A stretch of DNA of 64,000 nucleotides from Lama glama. Lineage: Eukaryota. Made by a program: the position numbers and the translations under genes. The notes below the pieces were generated by a model that saw only the letters and a list, made by a program, of their open reading frames with translations, did no database searches and was not told where the DNA came from. The stretch's first letter is position 1; each line of letters begins with the position of its first letter. The stretch is taken from assembly GCA_028534125.1 (NCBI GenBank), contig CM052816.1, positions 83,578,001-83,642,000 of the forward strand, read 5' to 3'. Below, piece after piece: positions 26,353 to 39,377 of this stretch.

Positions 26353-26910
26353 TGTATTATTTACTGCTATGCAACAAATTATCAGAAACACAGCTGCTTA
26401 GAACAACACACATTTATTATCTCCCAACTTCTATGGGTCAAGAATCCTATTATGCCTTAGCCAGATTCTCTGTTTCAGGGTATCTCATAAGACTATAATA
26501 AAGATGTCGGCCAAAGTAGGGGGTCTCAACTGAAGTCTTGACTGTGGAAGGATCTGCTTCCATACTCATATTGCTGATAGCAAGATTCAGTTCCTTGTGA
26601 ATTACTGGAATGAGGGCCTCAGTCCCAAGCTAGCTGTTGGCTATAGGCACCCTTCATTAACTTGCCACTTTGGCCTCACCAACATGGCCACTCAATTTGT
26701 CAAATTCAGTAAGAGAGAGAAAGTATATTAACAAGGCAGAAGTCATAATCTCATGTAAATTAATTGCAAAAGTGACATCCCATCACTTTTGACATATTCC
26801 ATTCATAAGAAGCAAGTCACTAGTTCTGTCTACAGTCAAAGCAGATAGATTACAAAAGAACATAAATACCAGGAGGTAGAGATCTTTCAGGGGTAAATTA
26901 AGTTACTACA
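26353..26910 (-). mobile_element. MaLR LTR (MLT1-like)
   Basis: tgtattatttactgctatgcaacaaattatcagaaacacagctgcttagaacaacacacatttattatctc...gtgacatcccatcacttttg...agcaagtcactag is the classic antisense MLT1 sequence. Confidence 0.85.
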
Positions 26911-28749
26911 GTTCCTAAAATATCAAGAGAGCCTAGAGTTGTTTAGGTCACCATTTAAATCCAGATGTTTTCACAATTTTGTGGATAGGAATAATACCCA
27001 GATATGGTTCATAATTTCTCCAGAAACCAGACAATCACTCTTTCTGTTCCTTCTTTTCATTTTGGAACTAAAAATACCTAAAAATTTATTTTTCGCTGAA
27101 TGAGAAACGGCTCTAGTTGTTCTGACGAAATAATAAAAATTGTATTGTTTGTCCTGGGTCCTGTACTTCATTCAAGTTAATCAGTCTCCCACTAGTAGTT
27201 ATATTAATAATCAACTATTTTAATTAATTCTTACCTTAATCCTCAGGTTAAGATATCAACATTAAATCATCAATTTAATGAATAAAAAGTTTCAGTTGGA
27301 TCAAACTTCAGTCTCTTCTCACCATAAGGTGTCAATACACACAAAATTTAAATGTCCCTGAGAGAGGACAATAAATGTGCATTTCATTCCATGTCACATC
27401 AGTAAAAATTAGCTCTGACTTTTTTCTGAAGTGGAAATTGAAAAAAACTGTTAGTTAAAACCATCATGAAATACCTACTTTCCTTCATGGAATGAATTAG
27501 CACCGTATCAGACATAGTTGATACACTGTTGTAGGCACCAGTTTATTTAATACTTGTGGGTCTGCGTTAATCTACAGGATGTACCAGCTTTTCTCAAAAC
27601 CCTACTTTATTCAAACAAGAAGTTTTTAGTTATTCTTAATCTGCAACTCATGTATCATTAATTAAAACTGACTTCGGATGTCTCCAAAGTAACCAACATT
27701 GTTTTAAACATTTCAGTGGAATAAATAATTCTAAAGTTTCCTTATAGTATGTCTAACTAAAATAAGGAGCCAATCTGATAACATCTTTTCCTTCATTTGA
27801 GGAAGAAAAGTGTACCACATTTAGATACCATGTATTTCAAACAATGTATCTAGTAAAAGTTTCAGGCTTTGGCTTTGGCAACACCACTGCTCATCTAAGT
27901 ACACTCCTACCCTTGGAAATCTCTTTGATCTCTGGTTAGTGCAACATGTGGAATTCAAGAGGTCGCCATATTTATATAAACATATATTTTAAAAGGTATA
28001 GAAGATGTTAAGAGTATATCTGGTCTAATCTCGGATTTTCAATAAAAATCCATTATAAATTTCATAATAAATCTTGACACTTCTATTACATTCAAGAAAT
28101 ACAGACATTATAGAAACAAGCATTAAATCTCTGAATTAATATATTTACAATTGTATTAAATAAGCAATAAGATTTGTGAATCTGCCATTCTCAATATTCA
28201 AGCTCAAGAACATCCTTACCCTCTTACTGGTAGCAGTCAATGGTGTTTTTCTCTAATTACAGAATGCCCCCCACTCATCAATTTTACGTGCTAATGGAAT
28301 AAATATTATAGATAAACCACTTAATATTAGTAACACTGTAAACATCCTATTGCATTTGGTTTGGGAAAGCAATATCCTATTTTTCATATCATTTTAATTT
28401 AAACCTCAACATCATGTTTACTCTTAATCACATACTTTGGTCCAGTTTGTAAGTCTTTCTGACCAGTTTTTTAATCACATCATATCCACTGGTCCTAATA
28501 AAAGTCTTCCATTATTTTAAATGAGCTAGTAAAATACTTTTTTATTTTTATTAACATTATGGCATAGCTCAACACATTCCTTCATGGGCTACCACTTATA
28601 AAACTTTTCTACTAAAAGCAATGTAAGTATCTTTTTTTTATATTTTCAAAGCTAAAGCTAGTAACTACACCTGTCAAAGTTTATGAAAAATATTACAGTC
28701 TATTGCAGTATTACTGGAAACCACTTTATGTCTCAGGAATGTATTTTGG

Positions 28750-29990
28750 CCTACTGATTTCTAAGACAAGAAGATACTGTATTTGTGAAGACAACTTTTG
28801 TAACTTTGAAATGAGAATAAACTTGAGGTTCTGTATCAATATTATACATGGCTAATTTACTACTTTTGTGTAATAAATCTTATCTCAATCTCCAGTGGTA
28901 ACATATCAGCATAAACACCTTTAAAAACACTTTGAAATTACCCAAATGAATAAAATTCCTTTTGTGTGCTCATCCATATCAATCCTTTAAATATTTTCAA
29001 GTATTTCAAATGTGGTGATTCTCTGCCATCAATGTGAATAAAAATTTGTCCATGAAACCATTCATACATTCTCAGAATTATTGTAGTTGTAATATGTCTC
29101 ACTGTATTAAATTTTTTTTATAAATAAGTGACATACATTAAGCCTTCAGTATTTCATTATATGAAAAATATGGTAACTAATATGGGAAACATGCCCAAAT
29201 AAGGGCAGATGAGTAGTTCACTGTATGACAGCTGCTGGCTTGACAAAATCATTATGTCTTATACTAATATTTTTTTCCCTGTATCTAACTTGCTATAACT
29301 AAACTTCATTAACACTTTAGAAAATATGAGCCTTTCTCCATCTGGCACATGGTTATTAAAACACATTTGCTGTAATTTAGAAAATCTGTAAACAGCTGGC
29401 AAAAAATGTGTTTTTATTAAGTCCTTTAGCATTATATTTGAAAGAGCTGTAATTTTGCTTACATTTCTAAAACCCAGAATATTTTATTCATTTTTCAACT
29501 CTACAATCTCCACAATCTTTCCAAATTCTAAGAGACTAAGTCAACTTGTACATAAATCTCATTATTATCAACCTGTACATAAATATCTCATATTTAAATT
29601 GTAAATGTGAATAATTCAACTGATAAGTTTGACTTTAAAAATATTAAAAGCATGAGAGGCTCCCTTTTTTGTCTGTTAGTTTGTTTTAACAACAAAGATT
29701 TCAGATAGTGCTTTTTAATTCATACAAGGTTACTGAATGAATAATTAGCATGTTTCAGTTTTTAGGCTTACTTTTACATATATTACACACTGCATGTATT
29801 TTTTTTTTCTATTGCTAAAAATATTCATAGTCATCTTATACCTTTCTGATTTTCTCACAGCCTTTTATATTAAACAGTAATATTGATGATTTATAGAGAT
29901 TTAAGATATCCCTAGAGAGTATAAATGGTGGAATGTGTATGTTTTATATACACAAATAATCTCATAAGCACATGGTTGACAAAGGTTAGG
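28750..29990 (-). mobile_element. Possible ancient hAT-Charlie transposase C-terminal remnant
   Basis: Frame-shifting minus-strand peptides (LKIFKGLIWMSTQKEFYS, LKVF/MLPL, NIDTEPQ, SKLQKLSSQIQ) loosely follow the hAT dimerisation-domain pattern FW..K.EYP.L...LK.LLPF...LN.E..L...KL.SQKQ. Confidence 0.35.
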
Positions 29991-30034
29991 AAGAATTGTG
30001 ATAAGAAATCGAAAAAGAGCTGGCAGTAGTAACT

Positions 30035-31232
30035 TTATTATTTATTTACTTATTGAAGTATAGTCAGTTTACAATGTATCAATTTCTCATGTACAGCATA
30101 ATGTTTCAGTTATACATATACCTAAATATATTCCTTTTCATATTTTCTTTCATTGTAGGTTACTACAAGATATTGAATATAGTTTCCTATGCTATATAGT
30201 AGACACTTGTTGTTTATCTATTTCATATATAGTAGTTAGTATCTGCAAATCTCGAACTCCCAGTTTATCCCTTCCCATCCTCTTCTCCCCACTGGTAACC
30301 ATAAATTTGTTTTCCCTGCCTTTGAGTCTGCTTCTGTTTTGTAAATAAGCTCATTTGTGTATTTTTTTTCAGACTTCACATATAAGTGATATCATATGGT
30401 ATTTTCCTTTCTCTTCCCAGCTTACCTCTCTTAGAATGACAATCTCCAGATCCATCCATGTTGCTGCAAATGGCATTATTTTATTCTTTTTATGGCTCAG
30501 TAGTATTCCATTGTATGAATATACCACAGCTTCTTTATCCAGTCATCTGATGATGGACATTTATGTTGCTTCCATGTCTTGACTGTCATAAATAGTGCTG
30601 CTATGCACATTGGGGTGCAGGTGTCTTTTCCAATTAGAGTCCCCTCTGGATGTGTGCCCAGGAGTGGGATTGCTGGGTCACGTGGTAAGTTCTTAGTTTT
30701 TTGAGGAATCTCCATACTGTTTTCCACAGTGGCTGCACCAAACTGCATTCCCACCAGCAGCATAGGAGGGTTCCCTTTTCTCCGCACCCTCTCTGGTATT
30801 TATCGTTTGTGGACTTTTCAATGATGGCTATTCCGAGTGGTATGAGGTGATAACTCACTGCAGTTTTGATTTGTATTTCTCTGATAATTAGCTATATTGA
30901 GCATTTTTTTTCATGTGCCTATTGGCCATTTGTTTGTCTTCATTGGAGCATTGCTTGTTTAGGTCCTCTGCCCATTTTTGGATTGGGCTGTTTGATTTTT
31001 GTTATTAAGTTGTATGAGCTGTTTATATACTAAGCCCTCGGAAATTAAGCCCTTCTCAGTTGCATCATTTGCAAATATTTTCTCGCATTCTGCAGGTTGT
31101 CATTTTGTTTTGCTTATGGTTTCCTTTGCTGTGCAAAAGCTTGTAAGTTTAATTAGGTCCCATTTATTAATTTTTGTTTTTATGTCTATTGCCTGGGTAG
31201 ACTGCCCTAGGAGAACATTGCTAAGATTTATG
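30035..31232 (-). mobile_element. Young 5'-truncated L1 (same subfamily as 3963-7008)
   Basis: ORFs 30497-30858 and 31100-31294 give L1 ORF2 peptides ([50 protein letters not shown]). 3' UTR is near-identical to the reverse complement of 6700-7000. Confidence 0.95.
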
Positions 31233-31849
31233 TAAATGAAATAAATAAAACTGAGTTTTGTTTGTATTAAAATAACTAAGTATCCAGAAAACAACTAAAA
31301 AATACAGCAGTTAAGAATATGTAAACTATTTATCAAAATATTCTTAAAAAGCATTAAAGAGTAAAGGGGGCTATCTAAATGAAGGTGGAAACTCAGTACC
31401 AGAAACAGTTTTGTTCTGGCAACTTTGCCACAAAAATGACGAACCTGACAAGCTTTGGTTCTCCAAGACTCAGTGTACACAAAGGATGACACAATCTCAA
31501 TGCCTGCTCAAATTGAATTCAAGACCATTCTTCTATAAAGCTATTATCCCAGAGGGCTATAATTTCTGTGAAAGTAAGAATCAAATCTAATCTTCATCAT
31601 AAGAAGATTGAAATAAAAGTTGCTCATTATAGAGCAGGAGCCCTGGTAAGTGAGGATTTCCCTGAAAAGTTGTAATCAGGGGCAAATCCTACCATGGATT
31701 TAGAAACCAAGATCACATCACATTTTCAGTCCAAAAGACAGTTCTCCTAAATGTCTTCTGTAAGTAAAGACACATCACCTTTGGAGTAGTTTTCCTCAAT
31801 AATTTCAAAAATTATTTTAAGGCACAATGAGCAAATCATGGTCAAACAA

Positions 31850-32695
31850 GACCAAATGATGAATAAATATCCTATGTTTATAGATCAAGAAGACCTAAAA
31901 TTGTAAAGATGTCAATTATCTCCAAACTGGGCCACAGATTCAAAAATGTATAAATCAAAATTTCATTTAAAATTTTTTCTTATGTTGATGTTATTTTACA
32001 AATTTTTCTAAAATTTATTTGAAAAACAAATAATCAAGAGTAAAGGTACTATTAAAGAAAAATAACAGAGTTGATCAATTTTTTCTAACCACAGGGCTTG
32101 TCATTAAGCTAAAATAATTAAGACAGAATTACATTAGTGAAGCAATAGGGAACTATATCAATGGAACAAAAAAGAGAGCTCAGAAATAGATCCACATTAT
32201 ATAAACATGATATTAAACTGAGATAGTACTGCCAATCAGTGAACAAAGGATAGACACTTAAAATAAGTGGTGCTAGGTGATTGGACACACCACTAAAAGA
32301 TGTTGGATTATAACAGTTAAGGACACAAATCTGGATGCTCCCGCCCAAATCTCAGAAATGCTCTTACCAGGTTTGTAATCTTGAGTAGTTAACGTCTATG
32401 TGTCTCAGTTTCCTCTTCTGTGAAGTCGGAATACTAATAACATGCTTCCCTCAGAAGGTTCTTATGGGATTAATTAAATTAATATATGTAAAGCATCATG
32501 ATGGATAACTGACAACTAGTAAACATAGCATAGACTGGTAATTATCCATGATTATCATAATTACCTTCATTATAGCTAAATCATCCCCGTCATGGTACGG
32601 GAAAACAAACAAATTTATAATCCTACCTTGTAACATACATAAAATAATTTTCAGGTAGAAGAAAGACCTAAATGAGAAAGGTAAACCTTTCAAGA
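31850..32695 (+). mobile_element. Old L1 ORF2 remnant interrupted by a MIR
   Basis: cctatgtttatagatcaagaagacctaaaattgtaaagatgtcaattatctccaaact..., atcaatggaac...agaaatagatccaca. Confidence 0.7.
32315..32500 (+). mobile_element. MIR SINE
   Basis: tgtgtctcagtttcctcttctgtgaagtcggaatactaata...ccctcagaaggttcttatgggattaattaaattaatatatgtaaagca is the MIR core. Confidence 0.85.
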
Positions 32696-35509
32696 TATTT
32701 TATTTCTATGTTTGAGGGAGTTAGTTGGTTTTGTTGGATACAGAGATGGAAGACATATTTTATTGTGTTGTCTGAAAGCTGGCAAACGGCTTAATATTTC
32801 CCAAACCAGTTTTCATGTTTCCAACAATGTTGTCACTGAACAGTAGATAAGCATTTTAATGTATATTTATGTTTCAGGAAATATTACAAATTCTTAAAAA
32901 CCTACCCTATTCCTTCTTCGCAGCTTCCCTTTCAAAGTCTCATCTTTCATAGAGAAAATACTGCTGTTCTACATGAAAACTTCCTGGCTTAACCAAAATC
33001 AGAGTAATGTCTTTTCTAAATTCAAGACTGTTCAGAGCAGTCATTCTGCACCCATCACTTCCTCCTTACAGCACTTTTAATCTGTTCAATGGCTAAAAAT
33101 TCTGAGTTTATAGTAAGATATATGTAAGTTTGAGAACAAATCTTAGCAGTTATTAATTGAGGCTCTGGATAAGTAACAAACTTTTTAAACTCAGTTTTTA
33201 TACTTGTAACAATACTATTTGACTTATGAGATTTGTCTAAACTTAACTCTGAAATGAACAATATATCTATCATAGCAAGTTTGATTACTTTGCCATTCTC
33301 AATTTTGCTATAAACGTATCAGCAGAAAATACTGTGCTATATTGTTTCTACTCACCTAAACACTATTCAAACTATCCTGTACAAAGAAATATTTAATAAT
33401 TATTTATTGTTTGTTATGGGGACTGGCTGCGTAAGTTAAAACTCAGTCTCCCCATACTATGCATTGTCTTTTGAAAGCCCTGAGCACCCACTATAATCTT
33501 CTTTCCCTATTTTCATGCATTTAATGCTACACAAAGATGTCCAGTTCTACAGTTATTGAGAAAGGAATCTTTTTCATTCTATTGTTTCTACATAATTATA
33601 AAATAGAAGTTAGAGGAGAAGGAATCAAGGCGACAATAGAATTTTTGCTCTTATGTATGAAACACACTACATCTAATGGTCCTAAGTGCTCTAGAGTGTT
33701 TTCATTAGGTGTCATGACCTTATTTAAACAATACCTCTTTTTCTTGTTATATTGTTTGATTTTTCTAAACTCTTGATGTGCTTGAAAGACTTTGGTCTTT
33801 CAAAAGAAGAGCTTCTTTTCAAAATTAGTTTTCAGCTGATCACTGAGACTCCAGAGCACGTTTAATTAAAGAAGAAACACTAGAAACAAACAATCACCAG
33901 TCACCACCTTGTTACTGCAGAATGCTTCCTCTTTCCTTTTCTCTGTCACTCTGTCTCTTTCTATGCCTGTCTTTCTCTCTAGGGTAAGTTGAAGCACAAT
34001 CTTATTTGTATTATGCCATAAGTGAGGAGAGAAACAATCTTTATTTGCTATTATGTGACAACAATATATTCAGGTTATCTGGGTAAGCTGCTATGCATGA
34101 ATCTTTTTGGCAATTTACATGTATGACAGCGGTTTTTTTTTGTTTGTTTTTTCTTTTCTGGAAACTTACTCAGTGCCTTTTAAGAGACAAAGTGGCTTTG
34201 CTTTGAGTGACTATTTTCATGGAATCCATTCTAAACGTTAAGGTAGAGCCAATTTCGCATAGACTTAATGAACAGCAGAATTAGAAGACCTCTTTGTACA
34301 TACTTCATGCGAGTCTAAACTTCACCACTGAGGAGTTGCTATCTGATCTCTCTTTCAAAACATCTAAACACGGAAATAACTACTCTTTAATGAGGTTCAT
34401 TCATTTTTTGTCCATATCTAACTTCAGAAAAGTGTTCTTTTATCCTAAGCCTTGTTTTCATCTTAAAATTTCCACCCAAAGAAGTTTATCCTTAATTTTG
34501 AAGTCACATAAGTAAGCTTTATACTTTTTTTCATTAGTCACAGTTAAAGAGTACAAATGGGGGTCAGGGTGGCAACAGTTTTCTCACAACAAAAAATCAT
34601 TTGTGCTTTCCTAGGCACCTTGTTCAAATCTGAGCATTCAGTTTTTACAAATGTTATGTTGGGTAGGTATTTTTAACCCAGTTTTTTTTTTGTAGGAAAA
34701 AAATCAGGGCACATCTTCTGCTAAAAAATATAATCACAGTGGCTTTCTCATGCCTTTTTTTCTCTGAGAAACACAGCAGTTTATTTGCTCATAAACTGAC
34801 AATTTCAACTCCTCCTTACTATCCTGATTTGTGTCCATTGGGCATGTTCTATTTTTCTTTATTTTTCCTAAATTCTTCTTTAAAAACCATTGCTGAGAAG
34901 GAAGGAAGAAAGGGAGGGAGCGAGGGAGGGAGGACAGTAGAGAGGGTATTCAAGATGCAACTTCTCTAAGACTTGTGTTCTACACTGAAAAAAATGTCTC
35001 CCTCACCACTATCTATAATTATCTTGGTAGTTACAATTTGGAACCTTAAGCCTCCAAGCTTGTGATAAAATATTTTGGATGCACTCGTGGCTCCTGGCTT
35101 CTAAGTATGTTGCTATCTACCATATATTTCTAAGTGTAAGAAAAGAAAACACTCGTATTTCTAAAATTGTCATCCATGAAGCTAAGTATCCAAAAGACGA
35201 CAGAAAATACATTTTTAACCTCTGTAATCATTAAAGATGAACACAAAATAGTTTTGTCACTTTTATTCTATACGTTGAAATAAAATTATTATCCTACTTA
35301 ATACTACTACACTACATATTGTCTTTCCAGTTCTATCTGACATTATATTAACACATATGGATCACGGGTGTATGCATATTATCTGTGCTGCTGAACATTA
35401 ACTGTCACATTTCAAAAGATCTTACTTATCTCTTTGTTCAGATAATTTTACATACATTGGTAACAAACATATCAATTATTTATTGCCTAATAATAACTGA
35501 TAAATATTG

Positions 35510-35715
35510 ACTGGACTGAATCTTAGCACTTTACCCATATTAACTTACTCAATCGTCATAAAAACCTTATCCGACTACATCATTATTCTTCCCCTTTTAG
35601 GAAGACACAGAAGCCACAGAGAAGTTTCATGATATGACCAAGTTTACAAAGCTTGGTACTGGCAGTGCCTGGGCTGGATACCAAGCAATTTGACTCCAGC
35701 GTCTGTGTTAATTAT
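35510..35715 (-). mobile_element. MIR SINE
   Basis: ttagcactttacccatattaacttactcaatcgtcataaaaacc...cagaagccacagagaagtttcatgatatgaccaag...tttgactccag. Confidence 0.8.
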
Positions 35716-35884
35716 CATCTCTTGCATGAGCCTTTGTTATTTTAAATATCCTTAATCCTTGTAAATGCAGGTCATATTAAAAGTTAACTTGTCTTAGAGC
35801 TCATAGCATACGGCACAGTCTACGATGAGTGTTGAACTACGTTATATATACAAGCACTCAATTGCTAAATAGCTGTACCTTTGT

Positions 35885-35940
35885 CACACACGCACACACA
35901 TATATGCAAACACACACACACACACACACACGCACACACA
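35885..35940. repeat. Imperfect (CA)n microsatellite
   Basis: Direct read. Confidence 0.9.
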
Positions 35941-36169
35941 ATCATTCCTAGAAACTGCCTTTGGGTTTCAGCGCACTCTCAGATTTCTTAACTTTAAGAA
36001 GCAAATGCCGGGATGACAGATGGCCCAGCAGCGAGTGCCACAAAAACCTGAGAGTAAACGCATGATTATAAATCACTTGTCATCATCGTTTTCTGATTCC
36101 CTCCACAAGAATTCCCGATAATGGTATTTTTAAAATCACTCATTCAACAATTTTTTACTCACCAGGCTC

Positions 36170-36346
36170 AAAGTGTTCTGCTTTCCCTTCAACGTATGAT
36201 CTGAACACCAGCATTAGCAACATCACTTGAGAAATTCTTTGCAAGGCAGAGTCTTAGGACTCATTTCAGATCTGTGAAGTCAAAAGTCCTTACTTTACCA
36301 AGATTCCAGGTGATTCATATGCACATTAAAGCTTAATAAGCATTGC
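36170..36346. mobile_element. MER5-like hAT-Charlie MITE
   Basis: agcaacatcacttgagaaatt...ccaagattccaggtgattcatatgcacattaaagcttaataagcattg. Confidence 0.75.
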
Positions 36347-36409
36347 CTTAAACTGTGCAATGTGTTTGCCTTCCAGAAGCTCACAATCTTCTCTGCTGCA
36401 TAAAAATGG

Positions 36410-36630
36410 TATGGACATGTGGCATTTACTTTTAAGTGTAAATTATTTAAAATTAAATGATATTACAAATTCAGTTCTTCAGTAACACTAACCACATTTC
36501 AAGTGTTCAATAATCATGTGTCTAGTAAATACTACAATGGATATATTGGATATATATTAGGTAATACTATATTGGAAAGTGCCCATATAGAACATTTCCA
36601 TCATGGCTGAAAGCTCTATTGAAGACATTT
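36410..36630. mobile_element. MER33/MER3-like hAT-Charlie MITE
   Basis: aaattcagttcttcagtaacactaaccacatttcaagtgttcaataatcatgtg...aacatttccatcatggctgaaagctctattg. Confidence 0.75.
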
Positions 36631-36634
36631 CTCT

Positions 36635-36840
36635 GGATCAAGTATAGATTATTTATGTTGTTAATGACCAAGACATAAATATTTTAGGCTTTGTGGTCTA
36701 TGTATAGTCTCTGTTGCATGATCTTTTCTTTTAAAAATACATTTTAAAAAGTAAGAGCAATTCTTAGCTAGTGGGTAGTATGAAAACAGATCATGTGCTG
36801 GATTTGACCCATAGACCATAGTTGGTAGATTCATGCCCAG
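36635..36840. mobile_element. MER58-like hAT-Charlie MITE
   Basis: taaatattttaggctttgtgg...gtctctgttgca...ctggatttgacccatagaccatagttgg. Confidence 0.75.
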
Positions 36841-37890
36841 GATGATGTGTTAGTACATAAAACAAATGCATCGGTAGAAATACTTAGAATATATGCAAAG
36901 TATTATGTGTTGACTCAAAAAGATCTCAAATCAAAAGCAAAACACATAAAGCTTCTAGCTTTTATTCTCATTTAAGGTATTCCTTGATTTTAATCTGATT
37001 TTTTTCCTATACAAAGCTTCTAAGGAAGGGCAGAGATGGTGCAACATATGTCCTGAGTTCTACCCAGGGCAATAAGACACAGCTGCACCAAGAAGGGACC
37101 GACAGATCAGCACTCTACATTGACAAAAATTTCATACCTGTAACTTGGTACAGTGTAGCAATTGCAACAATAACGGTATCAAAATAACAGAAACAATAAA
37201 GTCCGTTTTATTTGTGACCCCTCTTTCTCACAAGAATGTGAGGCTCCTGTAAATCTTTAAACAATTGTTTCTGTGAGTTTTGAAATCGTTCAGGACTCAC
37301 AGAACAAAACCACACTGATCCACACTCCTCATTTAACACCTGTGTGTATGGAAATTCTGTTTTCTGTAACCACAGCCTGGAAGCCCTCAAAAACCACTTC
37401 ACAGTAAACCCTTCTTGAGATTCCACTAAATTGCAATGTTTCCCAGGGAATGGGATAGAATGTTTTAACGTAACTTACGTTTTGCTTAAGTTTTACATAA
37501 TATGGTAATTTTAGCCCCACACTGACCTCAAACTGTATCAAAAAATTAAGAAAAAATCCAGTGGCAGACACGGGACTGTCATCAGAATTCCCCTTTCCGA
37601 AACAGAAGATTACTGAATCTAGCTCTAGGGCCTGGTCTAATCTTTCCTTTGAATGAGTTTCCTTCTGAGAGGGCCCCCTGCTCCTCTCCTCTGCTGAGAG
37701 CATATGTTCTATTTTCCAAAGTTCCCAGGCATGTCTGGACTCTAGCACAGATAATAGCCCACATTTAGGTGATATCTGCAACATATACAACAGAGAAGGA
37801 ATCAAAATTATTTAAATTTTTTTTGATTTGTGGTAACTCACCAAAGTAAGAGCAAAATAACTTTTTAAAGATATTTCTAGTTAGTAAGTT

Positions 37891-38112
37891 AAGTTACTGA
37901 CTGTTGAACAATGTGGATTTGAACTACGTGGATCCATTGATCAGCAGATTTTTTTTTTAACTAAATACTGCAGTATTATATGATCCCCATTTGATTTAAT
38001 CTGCAGATAGGGAATCGGGGATACAGAAGGCCAACTGTAAAGTTATAAGCAAATTCTCAAATTCAAGGAGGGTTGGCACCCCTAATTCCTGTATTGTTCA
38101 AGGGTCAAACGT
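37891..38112. mobile_element. MER8-like TcMar-Tigger MITE
   Basis: Terminal inverted similarity ttgaacaatgtggatttg ... cctgtattgttcaagggtcaa, and internal gatacagaaggccaactgtaaagttata. Confidence 0.8.
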
Positions 38113-39377
38113 ATTATATTATTTTATGACAAATATCAAATAAAGTTCAAATGGTAAAACCGTAAGAACATTTCATTTTACCTTTGTTGACAATCATTTA
38201 TAATAGTAAAGAGTATACTTTTCTTCTAAAAATTAATTTTTTACTTTATTTGGGTTAAACATTGTCTCGTGATTTATGGTACTTAAACTATTTCGTATAT
38301 TTAAACTTGGCATTACTTCTACTTGTGAATAGGAAAATAACTCTTCTTTCATTTATACAGGAAAAGAACTCTTCTATCTGAACCTCATTAAATTATTTGT
38401 CTGATTATGTGCATTGTAAATGTTTTAATAATAGAGTTACTTGAAATACATAATGCTACTGACAGCTAATTATATTGTAAATTGCATTATAGCATGTTTG
38501 CTATTTCAATTTTACTCTTCAGCCTGGAGGTATAAAATCTGTAGTTAAGTATTCAGAGTATAATTACTTTAATAAATGTGCCATACCCTGTGTATATTTT
38601 CAATCTGCTATTCATTAAAAGAATTGTAACTATGCACCAACAACAAAAAACTTAATTTTCCCATATCAAAAGATAATTGAATTTTAAATCTGTAACATTT
38701 AAATGGAAAGGTGTTAAGAGCCTCGAAAGCATGCTGATTACTTACTGAAAATACAGGTATAAGTTAACTAAACTTCATTTTCATATTGTATGTGGTTTGC
38801 TCTAAAATTTCATTAGATAATTTCTCACCAAAAAGATATGGGAAACAATATTATATAAACATACATATATATACAAAAATATAAATATATATATATAAAA
38901 CAGCTCTTTGGGCTGAGGAAAAAGAATTAGATTATACATGAAGACAACTACAGATACTAACCACTCAGGACAGAGTGCAAAGCAGGGTGAAAATCTGTTT
39001 TACACGTTAATTGCTTGGTTGTTATCAAGGACATCATGCCTTGGTGATAAAGCAGATCCGTTGGCCCTAGGAAACCCGTGTCAATTGACGCAGCATTCAT
39101 GCTGTACAACTCAAGTCAGCAGAAAATGTTCAACACGTGGAGGACACAGCTAAAAATGTCCAGAACCCAGTTAGAAAAAATATTGTATATGACACACTAT
39201 TTGAGGATTATTTTGTTTGTTTGTTTTCTCTGTATTGCAACATCTCTACTAGAGTATGTCCTATTAACTGTATGTTTTGCCAAGTACAAAACTAGGAAAC
39301 AAAATTTTGCTAAAGCCTTACGACAAAATCTTATGACCTCAAACTGATCAAGTAGTCTATGTAAACCTCAGTGTGCA

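Noticed and set aside
24826..26910. Apparent LTR-pol-LTR provirus
   Set aside because: The LTRs are unrelated and in opposite orientations, and no PBS was recognised.
37329..37805. 158-aa ORF
   Set aside because: Non-ATG start, no recognisable domain, consistent with chance.
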